This document shows, in pieces, positions 31,069 to 33,418 of a stretch of DNA of 33,418 nucleotides. Within the stretch, counting starts at the first letter, position 1; every line of letters begins with the position of its first letter. A program made the translations under genes and the position numbers. Source of the stretch: a virus. Its lineage: Duplodnaviria; Caudoviricetes. The notes beneath the pieces were generated by a model, which saw only the letters and a list, made by a program, of their open reading frames with translations, had not been told where the DNA came from and did not search any database. Where the stretch lies: positions 1 to 33,418 of the IMG/VR virus record IMGVR_UViG_3300020200_001870; one strand, written 5' to 3'.

Positions 31069-31866
31069 ATGGCAAAGCATTCATTTAGATTACAAGATGT
31101 TACGGGGGATGCCCGTATTCTTGCTCGTTCTGCGTATGGATATGATTGGAATTATTTTACAGACGATGAAGTAGTAATTTTTGGTACAGGAGATGATGGC
31201 CAATTATTGTGGTCTACTGCAGACGCATCGAATAATGCCCTCGTCTTAGCTCTTGGAGATACAAATCAGTCTTTGCATATAACAGATGTTGAAGCAAAGT
31301 CTACTGACTGGGATGTTTCCGCTGAAACTAATCCGACATTATACATTCATAGCAACACGACCCCGGCTACTGATTATTTAGCTATTGGTCGACATGATGG
31401 TACAACAGGATACATTGATATGGTCGGTGGTACTACTCTTGCAATGCAAATTTCTGGCTCTACAGTTGCTAGTATAACCTCTACTTCAGTTACGGTTAAC
31501 GGATCACTTACGTCGTCTGCGTCAATTAGAGGTGTTGGTTATTCGACAGGTGCTGGTGGCACAATAACACAACAAACGGGCAAATCGACTGGAGTGACCC
31601 TTAACAAGGCTACTGGGCAAATTACTATGAATGGGGAAGCTCTTGCTGCTAGTACTACAATTTCGTTTACTTTGACATGTAGTGCTATTGCGGCAACTGA
31701 CATTGTTCTTTTGAACCATATTTCTGGTGGAACAGCTGGAGCTTATACATTAAATGCTCAAGCTGGTTCTGGATCTGCTTTAATTAACGTTAGAAACGTA
31801 ACATCTGGTGGTTTATCAGAAGCAATTGTTATTGCTTTTGCGGTTGTTAAAGCAGTAACTTCATAA
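31069..31866 (+). CDS. Putative virion structural protein (decoration or fibre-like)
   Basis: Start at ATG 31069 after GGAGG; G/S/T/A-rich beta sequence with a GGTITQQTGKSTGVTLNKATGQIT C-terminal domain. Confidence 0.65.
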   Translation: MAKHSFRLQDVTGDARILARSAYGYDWNYFTDDEVVIFGTGDDGQLLWSTADASNNALVLALGDTNQSLHITDVEAKSTDWDVSAETNPTLYIHSNTTPATDYLAIGRHDGTTGYIDMVGGTTLAMQISGSTVASITSTSVTVNGSLTSSASIRGVGYSTGAGGTITQQTGKSTGVTLNKATGQITMNGEALAASTTISFTLTCSAIAATDIVLLNHISGGTAGAYTLNAQAGSGSALINVRNVTSGGLSEAIVIAFAVVKAVTS

Positions 31867-32044
31867 AAAACTAATAATTCTTTAGGGCAGGAATAAAAGT
31901 TGGATTTTTAATCAAGATAATGTTGAAAACAAAAACTAAACTATTGTTCCTGCTCTAAGTAATTGGAGAAGTAATTTTTGTAAGAAATTAAAATAAAACT
32001 TAAACTAAATGTAAAGACATTGAAGTTCTATAAAGAGAGATGAA

Positions 32045-32368
32045 ATGAAAACAAAGTTTGCAATTAAAGATAGACTTCTTATTTTTGCTATTCTTCCAAA
32101 AGAAGGAGATATTCTAACATTAAAGGCAGTTAAAAGTCTTCGAGAAGAGTTAGCTTTTACGAAAGAAGAAAAAGTAAAATTTGATATTACCTTTGATAAA
32201 GAAATGGGTAAATATACTTGGAACGAAGAGAAACCTTACGAGAAAGATTTAGAAATTACAGATGAGCAGAGTCAATTAATTTCATCTGAATTAGAAAGTC
32301 TAAATAGACAAAAAAAACTAAGAATTGAACATATAGACTTATATGAGAGATTTTGTCAAGAGGAGTAA
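32045..32368 (+). CDS. Hypothetical protein, possibly a fibre assembly chaperone
   Basis: 107 aa with DRLLIFAILPKEG; follows the fibre-like gene. Confidence 0.6.
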   Translation: MKTKFAIKDRLLIFAILPKEGDILTLKAVKSLREELAFTKEEKVKFDITFDKEMGKYTWNEEKPYEKDLEITDEQSQLISSELESLNRQKKLRIEHIDLYERFCQEE

Positions 32369-32631
32369 GTAGATTGTCAAATCCGGGTGATTATACGAAT
32401 GTATCTGTAAGTATAGCTAGATACATGGAGCGTCTAGATAATTTTATTGAATCTCAAAATCAAATGAATAAGCAACTTATATCAATGAACGAGGATCTCT
32501 CAAAAAAAGTAGAAGGTCTCGCAGAATGGCGAGACAAAATATCGGGTGGGAAGATTCTTCTTGGGGGCATTATATTCTTGATTGTGAACGCTGCTGTAAT
32601 CTGGGGTCTTGTGAAGGGGTTCACTAACTAA
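32353..32631 (+). CDS. Coiled-coil protein with a C-terminal TM helix (holin/hemolysin-like)
   Basis: Hydrophobic ILLGGIIFLIVNAAVIWGLV; the start is probably a few codons downstream, after GAGGAG. Confidence 0.55.
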   Translation: MSRGVSRLSNPGDYTNVSVSIARYMERLDNFIESQNQMNKQLISMNEDLSKKVEGLAEWRDKISGGKILLGGIIFLIVNAAVIWGLVKGFTN

Positions 32632-32632
32632 A

Positions 32633-32830
32633 ATGAATTCAGTTAAAGTAGTAAAACTTCTTAAATATCAACGTCCTAGTAGAGGTCTTATAAAAGAAGC
32701 CGATGTTGTACCTTCAGCAAAAGCCGGAAAAGTCGGTGGAGAAGCTACAGCATACGAAAAAGATAGCATAATGAAACGAGTCGAGTTTTTAGAAAAGTTA
32801 ATAAAAGCTTTGGAAATGGAGAAGAACTAA
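32633..32830 (+). CDS. Hypothetical protein
   Basis: 65 aa; operon spacing. Confidence 0.6.
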   Translation: MNSVKVVKLLKYQRPSRGLIKEADVVPSAKAGKVGGEATAYEKDSIMKRVEFLEKLIKALEMEKN

Positions 32831-32831
32831 T

Positions 32832-33418
32832 ATGTCATTAATTTCAGAAGAAATTGGAGATGGGTCTGTATGGGAAATAGATCCTAGTACCAGGGAAAGT
32901 CTTCATCTTTGGAATAAATATATCCCAATCAATAAAACATTAGCGGTTGCTGGGACTGCAGAAGATTTAAGCAATTCAACAACTCCTGATGAAGCTACAG
33001 TTAATTTAGTTACAAACCCATCATTTGAAACTGGATCCCCTCCGACTGGATTTGTTGCTAGTGGGGCAACTTTAGCTTCTACTCAAAATTCTCCGAGAAC
33101 TGGGTCTGACGAAATACAAATAACTCCCAATAATGCTGCAGCCAATGAAGGTTTTTATTGGTCTACTCCAAAAATGGGTGCCGGAGGAGCTACAGTTTAT
33201 TTAGTAGCTTCTATTTATGTTCGTGGTTCTGTTGCTGCAGGAAATGCTGTTATTCAAATTAGAGATTCTTCTGGAACTTTATTGGTGGAGGGTACTCCTG
33301 TTAGTTTGACTGCAAGCTATCAAAGAATTTCTGTTCGATATGTACTTCCAGCTGTTGCAGCTGCATATCGAATATATGTAGTTACAAATACACAGAATGG
33401 TTCTATTATTAGAGGAGA
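32832..33418 (+). CDS. Virion protein with a carbohydrate-binding-like (CBM4/9-type) domain, 3'-truncated
   Basis: Open from ATG 32832 to the window end: MSLISEEIG...NLVTNPSFETG...SIYVRG...YQRISV. Confidence 0.65.
   Translation, partial: MSLISEEIGDGSVWEIDPSTRESLHLWNKYIPINKTLAVAGTAEDLSNSTTPDEATVNLVTNPSFETGSPPTGFVASGATLASTQNSPRTGSDEIQITPNNAAANEGFYWSTPKMGAGGATVYLVASIYVRGSVAAGNAVIQIRDSSGTLLVEGTPVSLTASYQRISVRYVLPAVAAAYRIYVVTNTQNGSIIRG

Noticed and set aside
18600-31719. Short antisense or out-of-frame ORFs inside the AAA, VWA, ClpP, scaffold, capsid and fibre genes
   Set aside because: They are fully nested in well-supported genes and have no motifs or RBS.

Overview
This is a segment of a large tailed dsDNA phage or prophage. 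(1) 1-499 is the 3' part of nadA, with an abrupt drop in GC inside the gene (about 61% to about 41% by hand count). (2) About 0.7-7.2 kb holds rightward small accessory or early genes (SLOG, Cas2/ChrB-like, NUDIX, WYL_2-like, many orphans). Nearly every one has its own T(T/G)TACA-N17-TATAAT promoter, and TTCTAC...GTAGAA palindromes are interspersed. (3) About 7.3-16.7 kb holds leftward small genes built as repeat-delimited cassettes. Five spacers of about 160-190 bp carry back-to-back promoters plus hairpins (8.6-12.0 kb). They are followed by a tight array of 12 one-gene cassettes separated by 11 complete (and one degenerate) four-hairpin spacers of about 131-141 bp, whose modules are shuffled and whose cargo is largely a set of small paralogues (12.0-16.65 kb). 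This cassette system is the most unusual element, and no recombinase for it is visible in the window. (4) 17.1-33.4 kb is an AT-rich rightward block: HAD phosphatase, SWIM finger, nucleoside deoxyribosyltransferase, MoxR-type AAA+ with a VWA/metallopeptidase partner, metallophosphoesterase, ClpP, prohead protease, scaffold, major capsid protein and downstream virion proteins. All protein calls come from motifs recognised by eye; no database search was run.
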